From positions 1 to 52,678 of IMG/VR virus record IMGVR_UViG_3300034068_000495: a DNA stretch of 52,678 nucleotides, one strand, 5' to 3'. Numbering within the stretch: the first letter of the stretch is position 1; each line of letters begins with the position of its first letter. Under the pieces are notes generated by a model. The model saw nothing but the letters and a program-made list of their open reading frames with translations. It was not told the origin of the DNA and did no database searches. Both the position numbers and the translations under genes were made by a program. This DNA is from a virus (Duplodnaviria; Caudoviricetes). Below, piece by piece: positions 17,421 through 28,527 of the stretch.

Positions 17421-19807
17421 TAGATACGTCCTCCGGTGAGATATGCTTCGGGCTTCTTGGCGTCGGAGCTGAAGCGCCCCTGTGACAGACGCTGCCCCTT
17501 GTGTTTGCGGATCTTGACGCGCAGGTCGTCGAGCTTCTGCGCGCCGGCCTTGCTCGACCCGTCGCCCAGCAGGGCCACGGTCTCGGCGTCGATGACGTAC
17601 TCGCCGTCCGACAGCACGGCCGGGATGTCGTCACTGCGGCCCGTGCCGGGGCCGTTGACGGCGAAGGACGAGCGCGACGGACGGCCACCGCGCTTCGCCT
17701 CGAGCGAGCCGCCGTGGGCCATGCCAGTTGGCGGCTGGGGCACGTAGTTGAAGAAACTCTTCTCCGGGCGCTGGCCGTACGTCAGCCAGTCCTCGTCAGT
17801 TACCGGACGCGCGGCGAGGTTCGACGCGGTGCCGACGCCGCCGGGGATGTTCACGTCTGCGCCAGTAGGCAGCTTCGCCGAGAAGATCGGGTTGAGGCGA
17901 CCCAGCCCGCCGGGCACGATGCCGGCCGCCGTGCCTTCGGGGCCACCACCGCCGCCGAGCAAGCCGATGGCGGACGAGGCGAGGCCCGCGAGACGCAGGT
18001 AGTCGGAGACGCCAAGTTTTTTTGGCGTATCTGCGGCAGTGCCGGGAGCGTTCAGCGCCTCTTGGCCCGTAAGGCCACCAAGCGCCGTCAGCGGAAGCGC
18101 CTCAAGCCCGGTGAGCGGTTTTTTGTTAGCCGTGACGACAATTTCGTTGGGATCGACGGCGGGCGTCTCGAGCGGCGCAAACGGCGTGATCGGGATAGGC
18201 GGCGCGATAGCAAAATCCGAAAACTTGCTGGCCGTAGGATTAAGCTCGGGCTGCTCTCTTGCGCCCGGATCAGTAGCCTGTTGGGCAACCGCAGGCTCGA
18301 CGGTGAGGGGCGGCGGGTTAAACGCGGACAGCGTTGGCTCCACCAGTGAGCTGCCCGCGTTGATCAGGCCGCTGCCGATAGAAGACGCGGGATCAGTAAG
18401 CACGTTTGCACGAACTGTAATCGGCTGCTCATCACCTGCCCGCTGCTTGGCAGCCTCTTCGGCAGCAATCTGATCTGCCGCCAACTTCAACCCCAAGTTG
18501 CCGACGCCGCTCAACCCTGCCGCGAGCGACGGAAACGCATTCGAAGACGGTACACTGCCGGGAACCGTGATCAGCGGCGAGTCACCGGGCAAAGCGGCAA
18601 ACGACGGTGGCGGCTCTTGAGCGGCAAGCGGTGTCTGCGTAGTCGCCGGCTGCGAGGGCAGCAGCGACTGGCCGAGGTTGGACAGTCCAGCCTGCACCAC
18701 GGACGGGGCAACTTGCGAGAGAAGGCTGGGCGCGGCGTTCTTCAACGCGCTGACCAAGATTTCACCGGGTATCGCTTGGCTAAGGGCGCCACCAGCCCCT
18801 TGGGCAATGGCACCGCCAACACCTTGGGCAGCAGCTTCAGCGGCGGCGTTTTTTGCCGCTGTTCCGAATGGCTCAAGGCCCAGCGGGTTACTCGGGCCGG
18901 TGAAGCCTTTAAGCGCGCCAGCAGTCGCCCCCGAGATAGCCGCCGCGATGAGCGCATCTTTTGGGGTGTAACCCGATGTCAACTTAGTGACCCCGGTGGT
19001 CCCCGCAGCGGCAGCCGCAGCCGCAAGCGGGCCGGCGATAGGCGCAGCAAGAAGCCCCAGCGCGAGGGGGATGCCGTAATTGGCTATCGCCCCGGCCAAC
19101 CCAGTGGGGCGCGGGTCATCCTTGCCAAAAAGCTCTTGGCCGGGGGTGAAACCGCCCTGCTCGTTGGCCGGAAACAACTGAAAGCCATACGGCAGCTTGC
19201 CGGACAGATCGACAAGGCCAGCCATCTCTTCGGGAGTGGTGGCGCTGCCGAGAACCTTTTCGCCGCGTCCGTCCGTCATGATGTACTTCTGGCCCGGCTG
19301 GAACACCACCGGAGCGGCATTCCGGTATTCCATTTCCCCCAATGCGTTTGGCGCGCCGACTTGGCCCGTGTCAAAACGGAACACCTGCCCGGTGCTGGCT
19401 GCTGGGTTCGTCGGATCGAAGCGGGCGCTGAAATCAGGCAGACCAAAGACGCCGGAGCTGCCCATTGGGCCGCCGCCCTGCGACGTGTCTGTCGAGGCTA
19501 CCTCTACGCCTTTCGCTGCCTGCTGGGCGATGTAGCTGTTGAGGGCATCACTGTTTTGTGTGGAGAGAGCGTTTGCCTTTTGCTGCTGTTCCGTAAAAGC
19601 CTGCGCCGCGCGCTGGATCTCTTCTAGGTTGTACGCCGGCGGCGCTGTGTACGGGTCGACGGCAAAGGGCGGCGCTTCGTACGCAGGCGGCGGCGCAACG
19701 GCAAAAGACGGCAAACCTGCGCCGCCGTAACCGCCGCTGTACTCGTCAGCGTCAAACATGTCGCCGCCGTACATGTCGCCGCCGTACATGAAGTCGTCGA
19801 AGCGCAT
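17420..19807 (-). CDS. Low-complexity internal virion protein with C-terminal GPGTGRSDDIPA.LSDGEYV domain
   Basis: ATG 19807 coupled to upstream TGA; Pro/Ala-rich body, hydrophobic segments, MAHGG then conserved C-terminal domain. Confidence 0.65.
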   Translation of the reverse strand: MRFDDFMYGGDMYGGDMFDADEYSGGYGGAGLPSFAVAPPPAYEAPPFAVDPYTAPPAYNLEEIQRAAQAFTEQQQKANALSTQNSDALNSYIAQQAAKGVEVASTDTSQGGGPMGSSGVFGLPDFSARFDPTNPAASTGQVFRFDTGQVGAPNALGEMEYRNAAPVVFQPGQKYIMTDGRGEKVLGSATTPEEMAGLVDLSGKLPYGFQLFPANEQGGFTPGQELFGKDDPRPTGLAGAIANYGIPLALGLLAAPIAGPLAAAAAAAGTTGVTKLTSGYTPKDALIAAAISGATAGALKGFTGPSNPLGLEPFGTAAKNAAAEAAAQGVGGAIAQGAGGALSQAIPGEILVSALKNAAPSLLSQVAPSVVQAGLSNLGQSLLPSQPATTQTPLAAQEPPPSFAALPGDSPLITVPGSVPSSNAFPSLAAGLSGVGNLGLKLAADQIAAEEAAKQRAGDEQPITVRANVLTDPASSIGSGLINAGSSLVEPTLSAFNPPPLTVEPAVAQQATDPGAREQPELNPTASKFSDFAIAPPIPITPFAPLETPAVDPNEIVVTANKKPLTGLEALPLTALGGLTGQEALNAPGTAADTPKKLGVSDYLRLAGLASSAIGLLGGGGGPEGTAAGIVPGGLGRLNPIFSAKLPTGADVNIPGGVGTASNLAARPVTDEDWLTYGQRPEKSFFNYVPQPPTGMAHGGSLEAKRGGRPSRSSFAVNGPGTGRSDDIPAVLSDGEYVIDAETVALLGDGSSKAGAQKLDDLRVKIRKHKGQRLSQGRFSSDAKKPEAYLTGGRI

Positions 19808-20040
19808 CAGCCCTGTCCCTGCAACATCGGGTATACGCGCATAGCCCACTCCCGCCAGTCAGTGAAACCAAAGGGGTCCGGCACGGTGCGCTGCGTAAAC
19901 GGTGACGCGCGTACAAACCCTGCAGCCCACGACTGCCACTCGTTCTCGTCGGTGAGTTTACCGAAAGACCAAGCGTCGCCGACCGACAGCACTACACTAT
20001 CCGCGTAGTCCAGTAAAGTCATGCCGCGCGGGTCTATCAT
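19807..20040 (-). CDS. Small Trp-rich virion-module protein
   Basis: EWQSWA..PDPFGFTDWREWA; overlaps both neighbours. Confidence 0.75.
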   Translation of the reverse strand: MIDPRGMTLLDYADSVVLSVGDAWSFGKLTDENEWQSWAAGFVRASPFTQRTVPDPFGFTDWREWAMRVYPMLQGQG

Positions 20041-21809
20041 CCGATTGTCGTCCCATCGCCCGGCTGGAGGTGCGCGAGGACGAGGCCCATCTGATAATCG
20101 CCGCCGACGCAGTTGCTTGTAAAGCGGAAGCGCAGCTCGCGCCGCTGCTCCTTGAAGTAGACGACCTGCTCCTGCGGCGTCTGCGGCGTCTCGACGAAGG
20201 TCTTCGCCGGGCCGTTGACCTCCGGCGCGCGGGCGTTGGCGCGCCCCCGCACCTCGACCGTCATGTCGCCGGACTGCACGAAGTCAGGCTCGAGCATCAG
20301 CACCTGTAGCGCCCTGCTCGTCTGGCTCATGACGGGCATCGAGATGTCGGCCGTCTCGAAGTACGACGGGATCGGGTTGACGAACAGGCCGTCGATCTCG
20401 TCCGTGCCGACCTCATGCACCCAGAACTTGTACGGGTTGTTGTATGTGACCGTGAACGTCGCAGCAGAGCCGGCACCGCCGGTGACGGCTGCCGGGTTCG
20501 CGGGGGTCGACGAGTACGAGCCTGCATTCGATATGCTGGCCGTCAGGATGGCGCCGGGTCCGCTGACGGTGTTGACGGTGATCTCCACCGGGATCAGGTA
20601 CTGACCACCGACCAGCGTCAGCACGTTCCCGGCAACGTAACCCGTCCCGCCGGCGGTGATCGCAATCGCGGTGGCCTGCGCGTCCTGCGGCGCGACGCCA
20701 GTCATAAGCGGCTTGGGGAAGACAGCCGGGAACAGGCCTGCACCGCGCCCGAAGTTCGGCAGCGGCGTGTCGTACCACGTGTTCTCGCGGATGTTGTAGA
20801 TGATGGCGTGGTCCGGCTCGATGCTGTCGCCCTTCGGGAAGCACCACCAGATTTCGCCGTAGCGGGGAACCTTCATCGCGAACACCTTCTGGCGCATCGC
20901 GTAGTTCAGATTGTCGAAGAAGAAGTTGAGGTTCAACGTGTTCGGTATCTCGCGCACGACGCCGTTGAACGACAGGAAGCGGTCGGTGCCGAGCCAGTAG
21001 AAGATGCCGTCGTACTCGATGACGGACTGCGCCGAGAGGATCGACGACTGCGCACTCAACGTGTCGAACTGAAACGTGGCGGTGCCACCGATGTAGGACA
21101 TGCGGATCAGGCTGTCTGCCGACCACAGCAGGCCCGAGGGTGAGTTGCCCGGGCCACCGCGCAGCGGCATGCCGCGCACAATCTTCTGCCCCGTGACGTA
21201 GGCGTTGCCTGCGCCGGAGCCGACGTAGTCCGTGGGGTCTCCCGGCACGGACCACATGACGAAGCCGTCATTGCCGAAGGCGACGGTATATGGGTGCAGG
21301 GAGACGATACCGCCGGTGGCGCTGTACACCGCAGGCAGGCTCGTCACCTCGACGAGGGGCGCCGTACCGAACTCGTCGCCGGTGAAGAGCTGGCCGCCCG
21401 TGCTGTTGCAGATGCAGTCGAGGTTCGGCGCCACCTGCGCCACCAGTTGCAGGCCACCGCCGAGGGCCGTGTCCACGTCGAACTGCCACATGTTGCCGGC
21501 GTTCGCGACGAGCGTCGTCGGCGTCCGGTCGGAGATGACGCTCGTGTTGAAGCTGGCGTCGAGGTAGAAACGCTCCAGCAGGTTCGCCGATCCGCCGTGG
21601 ATGTACGTCAGGCTGTCCTGCGTGTACTCGTGCAGCGTCCGCACCAGTCCGCGCAGGAACTTGTTGATCGAGCGGTAGCCGCCGATCTTACGCGGCAGGG
21701 CGCGCTGGAAGCGCACCCACTGCCCGTCGACGTACTGGTCGCCCTCAAACTTCGTACCGTCCCGCTTGATGCCGGGCAGCGACTTGATCTGGATAATGTT
21801 CTCGGCCAT
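20037..21809 (-). CDS. Tail nozzle / DNA-stabilisation protein (P22 gp10-like)
   Basis: PGIKRDGT, VDGQWVRF...PRKIGGY, EIWWCFP, YNIRENTWY; beta-rich; position before ejection genes. Confidence 0.7.
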   Translation of the reverse strand: MAENIIQIKSLPGIKRDGTKFEGDQYVDGQWVRFQRALPRKIGGYRSINKFLRGLVRTLHEYTQDSLTYIHGGSANLLERFYLDASFNTSVISDRTPTTLVANAGNMWQFDVDTALGGGLQLVAQVAPNLDCICNSTGGQLFTGDEFGTAPLVEVTSLPAVYSATGGIVSLHPYTVAFGNDGFVMWSVPGDPTDYVGSGAGNAYVTGQKIVRGMPLRGGPGNSPSGLLWSADSLIRMSYIGGTATFQFDTLSAQSSILSAQSVIEYDGIFYWLGTDRFLSFNGVVREIPNTLNLNFFFDNLNYAMRQKVFAMKVPRYGEIWWCFPKGDSIEPDHAIIYNIRENTWYDTPLPNFGRGAGLFPAVFPKPLMTGVAPQDAQATAIAITAGGTGYVAGNVLTLVGGQYLIPVEITVNTVSGPGAILTASISNAGSYSSTPANPAAVTGGAGSAATFTVTYNNPYKFWVHEVGTDEIDGLFVNPIPSYFETADISMPVMSQTSRALQVLMLEPDFVQSGDMTVEVRGRANARAPEVNGPAKTFVETPQTPQEQVVYFKEQRRELRFRFTSNCVGGDYQMGLVLAHLQPGDGTTIG

Positions 21810-21818
21810 CGGATTGCC

Positions 21819-22580
21819 TTACGTGTACGAGAAACTGATTTCGCCACGGGCGCCCGTGCCGCCAGCCGCGCCGCCGTAGTCGAGACCGCCACCGCCGCCA
21901 CCGCCGCCCGGTGGCAGACCCGGATCTGAGCCTGCGCCGCCACCGGAACCGCTTGCGCCGTCACCGCCGACGTTGCCGCCAGCAGTGTTCTGACCCGCGC
22001 TGCCCGAAGTGTTGGTCGTGCCGCCAGTGGCCGTGCCGCCAGCGCCGCCAGCAGATTGGCCGCCGCCGGAACCGCCACCGGCGTTTATGCTCACACTGCC
22101 GCCAGAGACCGTGCCCGAGACAGTTGAAGCGCCGCCCGCTATGCCCGCGCCGTTGGTGGACGCGCGCCCGGCGCCGCCCACGGCCACCGTAAAGATGAAC
22201 GTGTTCCCGCCGGTAACGGCGATAGTCTGTACGGACCTTGACCCGCCCCCGCCACCGCCGCCAGCAGTGGTGCTGTTGTAGCCACCGCCCCCGCCAGCGC
22301 CGTCTACCGTGATGGCGCAGCTTGTGGCGCCGGAAGGCACCGTCTCAGTCACACCCGTACCCGTGGTGTAGGTGTTGGTGGACGGGGTGAAATTAGCGGT
22401 ACCGTAGAAGTTTTGGATGCTGATCTGACCAAACGTAGGCACAGCCCCGTAAGTCCCGGTTGTACCGGGAGGCACCAGCCCGCCACCAGCGTAATACTCG
22501 TCCAGCCCAATGGGGTTAGCGCCCCCGAACTCGCCTTGAATGTCGTTGAGCGATAGCGGCCCGCTGGTGGGTAGAGCCAT
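21819..22580 (-). CDS. Glycine-rich tail-fibre tip adhesin-like protein
   Basis: [26 protein letters not shown]-terminus; poly-Gly runs. Confidence 0.7.
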   Translation of the reverse strand: MALPTSGPLSLNDIQGEFGGANPIGLDEYYAGGGLVPPGTTGTYGAVPTFGQISIQNFYGTANFTPSTNTYTTGTGVTETVPSGATSCAITVDGAGGGGGYNSTTAGGGGGGGSRSVQTIAVTGGNTFIFTVAVGGAGRASTNGAGIAGGASTVSGTVSGGSVSINAGGGSGGGQSAGGAGGTATGGTTNTSGSAGQNTAGGNVGGDGASGSGGGAGSDPGLPPGGGGGGGGLDYGGAAGGTGARGEISFSYT

Positions 22581-25500
22581 TACTTAGCCCCCCGCAGCTC
22601 GTCCAGTTCAGCCTTTAACTCCGCGATGGCGGCGAACGCCACGGCGACAAGTTTTTCGTAATCCACCGCCTTCGTGCCGTCCTCGCGGGTGCGAACGGCC
22701 AACGGGAACACCGCCTCTACGTCCTGCGCAATGACACCGAAGTCGCTCTTGCGGACAAAGTAACTATCCTCGCCGCCATGCTCGGCGATGTAGGCGTCCG
22801 TCCAATCAAAAGTCTTACCGCCGATGGCAGTCACCGCAGCGAGCGCGCCTTGGATGTCCGCGACATTTTCCTTCAAACGGGCATCCGACGAATAGAAAGC
22901 CGTGACATTGTTGGTCGCGCGGATTTCGCCCGCCGTACCGGACGGGCCGGTCCCAACGCCAAGGCTGTTAACTTGGTAGTTGTTGCCCGTGTTAAGCGCG
23001 TTCGCTGTAGTCGCTGTGGTGGCCGTCGTAGCCGACCCAGCCGTTGTAGCCGACCCTGCACTTGTAGCAAAGCCAGCCGTCGTAGCCGAGCCAGCCGTAG
23101 TAGCCGAGCCAGCCGTAGTAGCCGAATTGGCAGTTGCGGCGTTGCCGGAGATACTGATACCCCAAGTACCAGACGCTCCCGAGCCGCCACGTGAGGGGAC
23201 ATCAAGTGCAGTCTGCGCAGCGCCTGCCGTGGTCGCACCCGTGCCACCGTTGCCGATGGGGAGCGTGCCGCTGACCTGCGTCGTGAGCGAGACGCCCGAA
23301 AGCGCGCCGCCGAGAGTGAGCGTACCCGAGGTGGTCACGGATCCCGTCAGCGTAATGCCGTTGACGCTGCCCGCCGTGCCGACCGAGGTGACCGTGCCGG
23401 TGTTTGACGTAAAGCCGGACGGGTTGCTGGCGGCGTAGGCGCCAACGGTGCTGTAGTCGATAGTACGCACTGCGGACCCATTGAACGTCGAACCAACTGC
23501 CGCACCGCCAGCATTGCTGAAGGTCACAGCATTGGTAACAGACCCAGCCGTAGTGGCCGTAGTGGCCGAGGTGGCGGACCCGGCCGTGGTGGCCGAAGTG
23601 GCCGAGGTGGCCGTTGCGGCGTTGCCGGAGATACTGATACCCCAAGTGCCGGTGGCACCGGAGCCGCCCGTGGAAGGGACATCAAGCGAGCTGCGCGCAC
23701 CCGAAGCGGTAGTTGCTGCCGTACCGCCGTTTGCGAGGGGGAGCGTACCGCTGACCTGCGTGGTCAGGCTGACACCGGACAGCGTGCCGCCGAGCGTGAG
23801 ACTGCCGGTGGAGGTCACCGTACCCGTCAGCGTGATGCCGTTGACCGTTCCGGTGCCGCCAACACTCGTAACCGTGCCAGTACCTTTGCCGTTAAACGTC
23901 GCCCAGTCAGTGCTGGTCAGGTAGCCGTTAACGGAGGCCGTTGCCGCCGCCATGCTGATAACCGGCGTCGTCCCCCCGGTAGACGCGACCGGCGCGGTGC
24001 CGGTGACGCTGGTTACCGTGCCGCCCCCGGCTGTGGCAGTGATGGTGATCGTACCCGCGCCGTTGGCGATGCTGATACCGGAGCCGGCCGTCAACGTCGA
24101 CTTGGCGAGAGTGCCGCCCGCCGTATTGCCGATAAGCAGTTGCCCATCAGTGTACGTGGTCTGACCTGTGCCGCCGTTGGCCACCGGAAGTGTACCGGAG
24201 ACCTGCGAGCCAAGGGCAACACCAGACAGTGCGCCGCCGAGAGTGAGCGTACCCGAGGTGGTCACTGAGCCGGTGAGCGTGATGCCATTGACGCTGCCCG
24301 CCGTGGCGACAGAAGTGACGGTCCCTGTGTTCGACGTGAAACCCGACGGGTTGCTGGCAGCGTATGCACCGAGGGAGGTCAGGGCCGCGCCGGCCGTGGT
24401 CGCACCTGTACCGCCGTTGAGAATAGGCAGCGTCCCGCTGACTTGCGTGGTGAGGCTGACGCCGGAGAGCGCCCCACCGAGCGTGAGACTGCCGCTGCTG
24501 GTGACCGTGCCCGTCAACGTGATACCGTTGACCGTGCCAGTGCCACCGACGGAGGTGACAGTGCCGGTGCCGACCCCGGCGCCGATGGCCGCGCGGAACG
24601 TGGTCGCGTCCAGTGCCGACACGGTGTTGTCCGCGTTGAAACGCGGAAAGGTGACGGCGCTCGGGTCCGGGATGATGAAGACGTTCGCGCCGAGCGTCGT
24701 GCCGCCGAGGCTCGTCCGCGCGCCAGCAGCCGTCGTGGCAGCCGTGCCGCCCTGCGCCAGCGACAGGGGCGTCGTCAGCCCACTGAGCGAGGTGATGTCA
24801 CTGTTGGCGCCGGAGGCCGCCGCGCCGATGGTGGTGCGGACGGACGCGCCCGTGGTGGCCGTGACGATGGGGTCGGCAAACGTCGTGATGCCGAGGTTGA
24901 GGCGTGCGGCGGATGCCGTCGTCGCGCCCGTACCGCCGTCCGCGATGGTGACCGGCAGCGTAAACACCGTCGGATCCGAGGCGAGAATTATGCTGGTGCC
25001 GTCGCAGTAGTATATGCCCTTGGCGCCCTGATTGATCAGCGTCGGAGATCCGCCGCTCGTTCTCACGGAAAAGGTGAACGCGCCGGTTGTGGCGTTGTTG
25101 ATCCAATACTGTTGGATTGTGGCCGGCACGATGATCGTGCAGTTGCTCGTCAGTGCGCCGACAAACTTGTACGCGATGCGGTTGAGCTGCGAGCCGGAGA
25201 GCGTGACCGTGCCGCCCGTGACGGCAATAGACGTGTAATCGAACGCGAACACCGCCTCCTGCCCGAGGCCGATTGTGTACCAGTTTATGCCGTCGGTGAT
25301 GACGCTGGCGCTGTCCCCGGGTCGAAGCACCAGTGTGGCGGCGCTGTTGATCGTCTCCGTGCCGGCCGGATCAACCGTCAGATCCCCACCGCCCTCGTTG
25401 CGGACGAAGATGAAGAAGTTGTTGCCGGCGGATGCGGCCGTCAGCATGTTCAGCGTGCCAGTGCCAGTGCCGGTCCACACGAACGCTTCAGATCGATTTG

Positions 25501-25990
25501 AAGTGGCAACAGAGATGCCGCTGGTCAAGAAAGTGGTGACGGGAAGCGACTGCGACAGCGTCGAGCCGGTGGCGGTCAGGCCGAAGCCGGCCAGCGCGGA
25601 CGGCTGCACAGTTGCGGTCGAGGCGCCGTAGCGGAACACGCGCCACGTGCCGGCGGGGGTTGTGGTGGCCGCCAGATAGACCTGCCACTGCGTCCCGGCG
25701 GTGACCGTCGCCAGCGTGTTGCCGGCGAAGTCCTTCACGAAGAAGCTGAAGGTAACGTCGATGTTGTTGAACAGGATCGTCTGGCCAGCGCCGGTCAGCG
25801 TGGCATTGGGCAGGACGATGCTGAAGCCGGACGCCGTTGGGTCGACATCAATGATACGCGCGGCTGGGTCTTCGGTTCCCGAACTTTCGAGGGGCCACTC
25901 AAGCGGCGTGTCCACGCCGAGGGCAATCGACAGGTAGGACACATCCGAGGGATATATCGTGGTGCCACCGAAAACGGATGTGTAGCTCAC
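22580..25990 (-). CDS. Long tail fibre with C-terminal intramolecular chaperone (peptidase S74-like)
   Basis: GGTGATTA repeats; [28 protein letters not shown]. Confidence 0.88.
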   Translation of the reverse strand: MSYTSVFGGTTIYPSDVSYLSIALGVDTPLEWPLESSGTEDPAARIIDVDPTASGFSIVLPNATLTGAGQTILFNNIDVTFSFFVKDFAGNTLATVTAGTQWQVYLAATTTPAGTWRVFRYGASTATVQPSALAGFGLTATGSTLSQSLPVTTFLTSGISVATSNRSEAFVWTGTGTGTLNMLTAASAGNNFFIFVRNEGGGDLTVDPAGTETINSAATLVLRPGDSASVITDGINWYTIGLGQEAVFAFDYTSIAVTGGTVTLSGSQLNRIAYKFVGALTSNCTIIVPATIQQYWINNATTGAFTFSVRTSGGSPTLINQGAKGIYYCDGTSIILASDPTVFTLPVTIADGGTGATTASAARLNLGITTFADPIVTATTGASVRTTIGAAASGANSDITSLSGLTTPLSLAQGGTAATTAAGARTSLGGTTLGANVFIIPDPSAVTFPRFNADNTVSALDATTFRAAIGAGVGTGTVTSVGGTGTVNGITLTGTVTSSGSLTLGGALSGVSLTTQVSGTLPILNGGTGATTAGAALTSLGAYAASNPSGFTSNTGTVTSVATAGSVNGITLTGSVTTSGTLTLGGALSGVALGSQVSGTLPVANGGTGQTTYTDGQLLIGNTAGGTLAKSTLTAGSGISIANGAGTITITATAGGGTVTSVTGTAPVASTGGTTPVISMAAATASVNGYLTSTDWATFNGKGTGTVTSVGGTGTVNGITLTGTVTSTGSLTLGGTLSGVSLTTQVSGTLPLANGGTAATTASGARSSLDVPSTGGSGATGTWGISISGNAATATSATSATTAGSATSATTATTAGSVTNAVTFSNAGGAAVGSTFNGSAVRTIDYSTVGAYAASNPSGFTSNTGTVTSVGTAGSVNGITLTGSVTTSGTLTLGGALSGVSLTTQVSGTLPIGNGGTGATTAGAAQTALDVPSRGGSGASGTWGISISGNAATANSATTAGSATTAGSATTAGFATSAGSATTAGSATTATTATTANALNTGNNYQVNSLGVGTGPSGTAGEIRATNNVTAFYSSDARLKENVADIQGALAAVTAIGGKTFDWTDAYIAEHGGEDSYFVRKSDFGVIAQDVEAVFPLAVRTREDGTKAVDYEKLVAVAFAAIAELKAELDELRGAK

Positions 25991-26644
25991 TTATGCCTCC
26001 TTGCGGACTGATGCGCGGTCGAGGATCTTCGCCAGATCTTCACCGTTGAGCATTGCAGCGGCGCGGTCGTAATACTGCTGCCACGTGCCGATGCGCTCGT
26101 CGTTCTTCAGGAACGGGGTCGCCTCGAGCAACGCGCCATACAGCAGGAGCTGGGGAGCGTATTCTGTCAGCCAGTTCGTCTGAATGCTGTCGTCGAGCAG
26201 CGGGGGCAGCTCGTAATACAGCACCTCGAAGGGGTACGCCTGATCCGGCGTGGGGGCTATCAGCCAGTGCGAATAGTCGTAATCCGAGTAGAACAGCGGC
26301 GTCGCCGTCAGACTTTCGTTCGGCCAATACGAACGCAGATACTCGTAGACGCGCGTGAAGAGGGCGGTGCGGTTGGCATTGCTGGTGCCAGTGCCGATGT
26401 TGATGCTGACCGTGTCGCGCCAACGGTCGGGCTTCGCGTACACCGACTGGCCGGGAACCAAGGTGTCAGACACCACCGCGATGAAGCCTTGGATCTTCAG
26501 CTCGCGCGCAATGCGCCGCTCCGCCAGATTGATCAGGCGCGGGATCTGTTCATAGACGACCGGGTCCGAGGCATAGGTCGCGCCGCGCTCAAGATAGCGT
26601 TGCACGTCCTGCTTCAGCGTGTCAAAGGTCATCGTGGTAGCCAT
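25991..26644 (-). CDS. Head-tail adaptor-like protein
   Basis: TFDTLKQDVQRYL..INLAERRIAREL..APTPD..Y, LLLYGALLEA.PFLK. Confidence 0.7.
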   Translation of the reverse strand: MATTMTFDTLKQDVQRYLERGATYASDPVVYEQIPRLINLAERRIARELKIQGFIAVVSDTLVPGQSVYAKPDRWRDTVSINIGTGTSNANRTALFTRVYEYLRSYWPNESLTATPLFYSDYDYSHWLIAPTPDQAYPFEVLYYELPPLLDDSIQTNWLTEYAPQLLLYGALLEATPFLKNDERIGTWQQYYDRAAAMLNGEDLAKILDRASVRKEA

Positions 26645-26658
26645 GGGCCGTCCTTATA

Positions 26659-26973
26659 TCACTTTTGTGGTAATTGACTAGCCTCGCGCCACGCCTCGAT
26701 AGTCAGCCGGTGCTTCTCCGCGCAGTCATTGCGCCGCTCAATCACGTCCTTTTCCCACAGCAGGCGCGCCGGGTCGAGAAATGGGTCGGGCGGGTTGTTC
26801 AGGCGCGGGCACGGGCTTGCCAAGTTTGCCGGCGGCCGCTTCAGCGTCTGGATTACCAATGCTTTCGAGGAGCACCCGAATAGCGTCAGCAGGAGGAGCG
26901 CAGCTAGGAGAAACGGCAGGCACCGTACGATAAATCTCGCGAACCGTATTGGTCCGCTCAACGGAACGTACAT
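26659..26973 (-). CDS. Outer-membrane spanin (Rz1-like lipoprotein); start uncertain
   Basis: LLAALLLLTLFGC lipobox then PPANLASPCP; overlaps i-spanin in another frame. Confidence 0.75.
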   Translation of the reverse strand: MYVPLSGPIRFARFIVRCLPFLLAALLLLTLFGCSSKALVIQTLKRPPANLASPCPRLNNPPDPFLDPARLLWEKDVIERRNDCAEKHRLTIEAWREASQLPQK

Positions 26974-27169
26974 CGGCTTCAGCACGTCTTTCCTCATAGG
27001 CTGCGGACTTCGTGTCGAGGATGGTCTCCACTTTAGCACGTTGCTTTTCCGCCTTTTCCAAAGCCACCGCGTACGCCGCGTCGCACTGCCAATCGCGGAC
27101 CTTATACCCGCCGAGGAAGCCGATGACCAGCATGCCGCCCATGATGTAGGGGGAGGGGATGCCGAACAT
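26738..27169 (-). CDS. Inner-membrane spanin (Rz-like)
   Basis: N-terminal TM (IMGGMLVIGFLGGY), coiled coil, late Cys; TGATG coupling to endolysin. Confidence 0.8.
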   Translation of the reverse strand: MFGIPSPYIMGGMLVIGFLGGYKVRDWQCDAAYAVALEKAEKQRAKVETILDTKSAAYEERRAEADVRSVERTNTVREIYRTVPAVSPSCAPPADAIRVLLESIGNPDAEAAAGKLGKPVPAPEQPARPISRPGAPAVGKGRD

Positions 27170-27780
27170 CAGAGCCAAGCCGCGTATTTCTTGGTCTTCG
27201 CCTTGCGGTCGTCGAGGCCGTGCGTCCCGCCGTTGATGCGCTTCGTCAGCGCGAGGATCGCGACGTCGTTGATGCCTTGGTCGCAGATCGACCAGAGCTT
27301 GTTCTTGTCAAAAAACCACAGCGCGCTCTCGAAGCAGAGTTCACCGGCCACTAAGTCCGGGTTCGTCGTTACGTCCGGGCGGCTGACATAGTCGGCGAAC
27401 GCCTGATAGTTCGACTTGCCCGTCAACTGGAGCGCGCCGCGACCACGGAACTTCCACCCGTCACCGGATGCCTCGTCGCCGTTGCCCATGCGGCTGGCAT
27501 AGACGCGGTTGGCGATCCTCTGCGGCTGGCGCTCATACGCCTTGGCCAGAGCGTCCGTGCCGAAATACTTGCGGAAGATGCCGCGCAGGCCGGCCGCGCC
27601 GTAGTTCAGGTTCTCGCTGAACGCCGTAAAGCCGCCGCTCTCGTGCGCCGTCTGAGCAAAGAAGTGCGCGGCGCGGTCCGGCGACAACTTGTAGTAGGTC
27701 GCAGCGGCCTTCATCGTGCCGGGGCCGAATGCGCCGTCAGCCGTAACGCCGATTTTCCGTTGGAGATTTGCGAGGCTCAC
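27169..27780 (-). CDS. Endolysin, glycoside hydrolase family 19
   Basis: FFAQTAHESGGF..ENLNY, DGWKFRGRGALQLTGK.NY, TKRINGG..GL.DR; GTG start 27780; short ADGAFGPGT peptidoglycan-binding motif. Confidence 0.92.
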   Translation of the reverse strand: MSLANLQRKIGVTADGAFGPGTMKAAATYYKLSPDRAAHFFAQTAHESGGFTAFSENLNYGAAGLRGIFRKYFGTDALAKAYERQPQRIANRVYASRMGNGDEASGDGWKFRGRGALQLTGKSNYQAFADYVSRPDVTTNPDLVAGELCFESALWFFDKNKLWSICDQGINDVAILALTKRINGGTHGLDDRKAKTKKYAAWL

Positions 27781-27944
27781 TTGTCGCGCCCCTTGTTCCA
27801 CAGCTCGAACAGAGCCTTGATCTTCTCCTCGACCACGGCGAGGCGCACGTCCATCTTGGCGAGGATGATCACCAACGAGATGAACGCGAGGACGAGCGGC
27901 CAAAGCTGGCCGATCAACTCAACGGTGGAGAGGTCTCCGGCCAT
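27777..27944 (-). CDS. Small single-TM protein (holin/antiholin candidate, 55 aa)
   Basis: MAGDLSTVELIGQLWPLVLAFISLVIILAKMDVRL..; below ORF-track cutoff. Confidence 0.65.
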   Translation of the reverse strand: MAGDLSTVELIGQLWPLVLAFISLVIILAKMDVRLAVVEEKIKALFELWNKGRDK

Positions 27945-28364
27945 TTATGCCCCCGGGTTCCGCCAGTCGGGGAAGTCTGCCTCGTCGACCACGCCGTCGC
28001 CATTGGCGTCGTAGCGCAAGTCGTTGCGGTACTTCTCCCACGGTGCCATGCCGTCGTCATCTGCCGGCTCCGGCGCGTCGACTTCCGGCGGCGCGGGGGG
28101 CTTGGCGTCGCGAGCGTTGGCGTTGAGGCTCAGGCCGCCCAGCAGGCCGACGAACGCGCCGATGACCATGTTGAACGCCGGGCCGACGATCTCGAACACC
28201 TTGTCGCTGTCCACGATGTGGTTCGGCATGAACAGGCCGATGACTAGCGCGGCCACGACAACGAGGACGACGCAGGCCAGCGTCACCACGGCCATGCGGA
28301 TCGTGAACTCGACGGTGTCCTCGATGCCGTCCTTCTGGCTCTCCATTTTATCCCAAAAGCTCAT
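27945..28364 (-). CDS. Two-TM membrane protein with EF-hand-like tail (holin candidate)
   Basis: Two hydrophobic helices; DANGDGVVDEADF. Confidence 0.65.
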   Translation of the reverse strand: MSFWDKMESQKDGIEDTVEFTIRMAVVTLACVVLVVVAALVIGLFMPNHIVDSDKVFEIVGPAFNMVIGAFVGLLGGLSLNANARDAKPPAPPEVDAPEPADDDGMAPWEKYRNDLRYDANGDGVVDEADFPDWRNPGA

Positions 28365-28365
28365 G

Positions 28366-28527
28366 TCAGTTTACCTTCAAAGCAATCGCGGACAGCAGCG
28401 CAATGATGCCACCGATACCGCCAATCATGATGGCCTCAAGGCGCTTGAAGCGCGCGATGGTTTCGCGCCAACGCTCGGCGCAGACCGCCTCGTGCGTCGT
28501 CAGGCGGATGTTCACGTCTTCGCTCAT
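28366..28527 (-). CDS. Small coiled-coil plus C-terminal TM protein (XhlA-like)
   Basis: RLTTHEAVCAERW..RLE.IMIGGIGGIIALL. Confidence 0.7.
   Translation of the reverse strand: MSEDVNIRLTTHEAVCAERWRETIARFKRLEAIMIGGIGGIIALLSAIALKVN

Noticed and set aside
13002-19807. Tape-measure protein / long-tailed morphology
   Set aside because: No tail tube, sheath or assembly-chaperone genes recognised; nozzle plus ejection-type genes indicate a short tail
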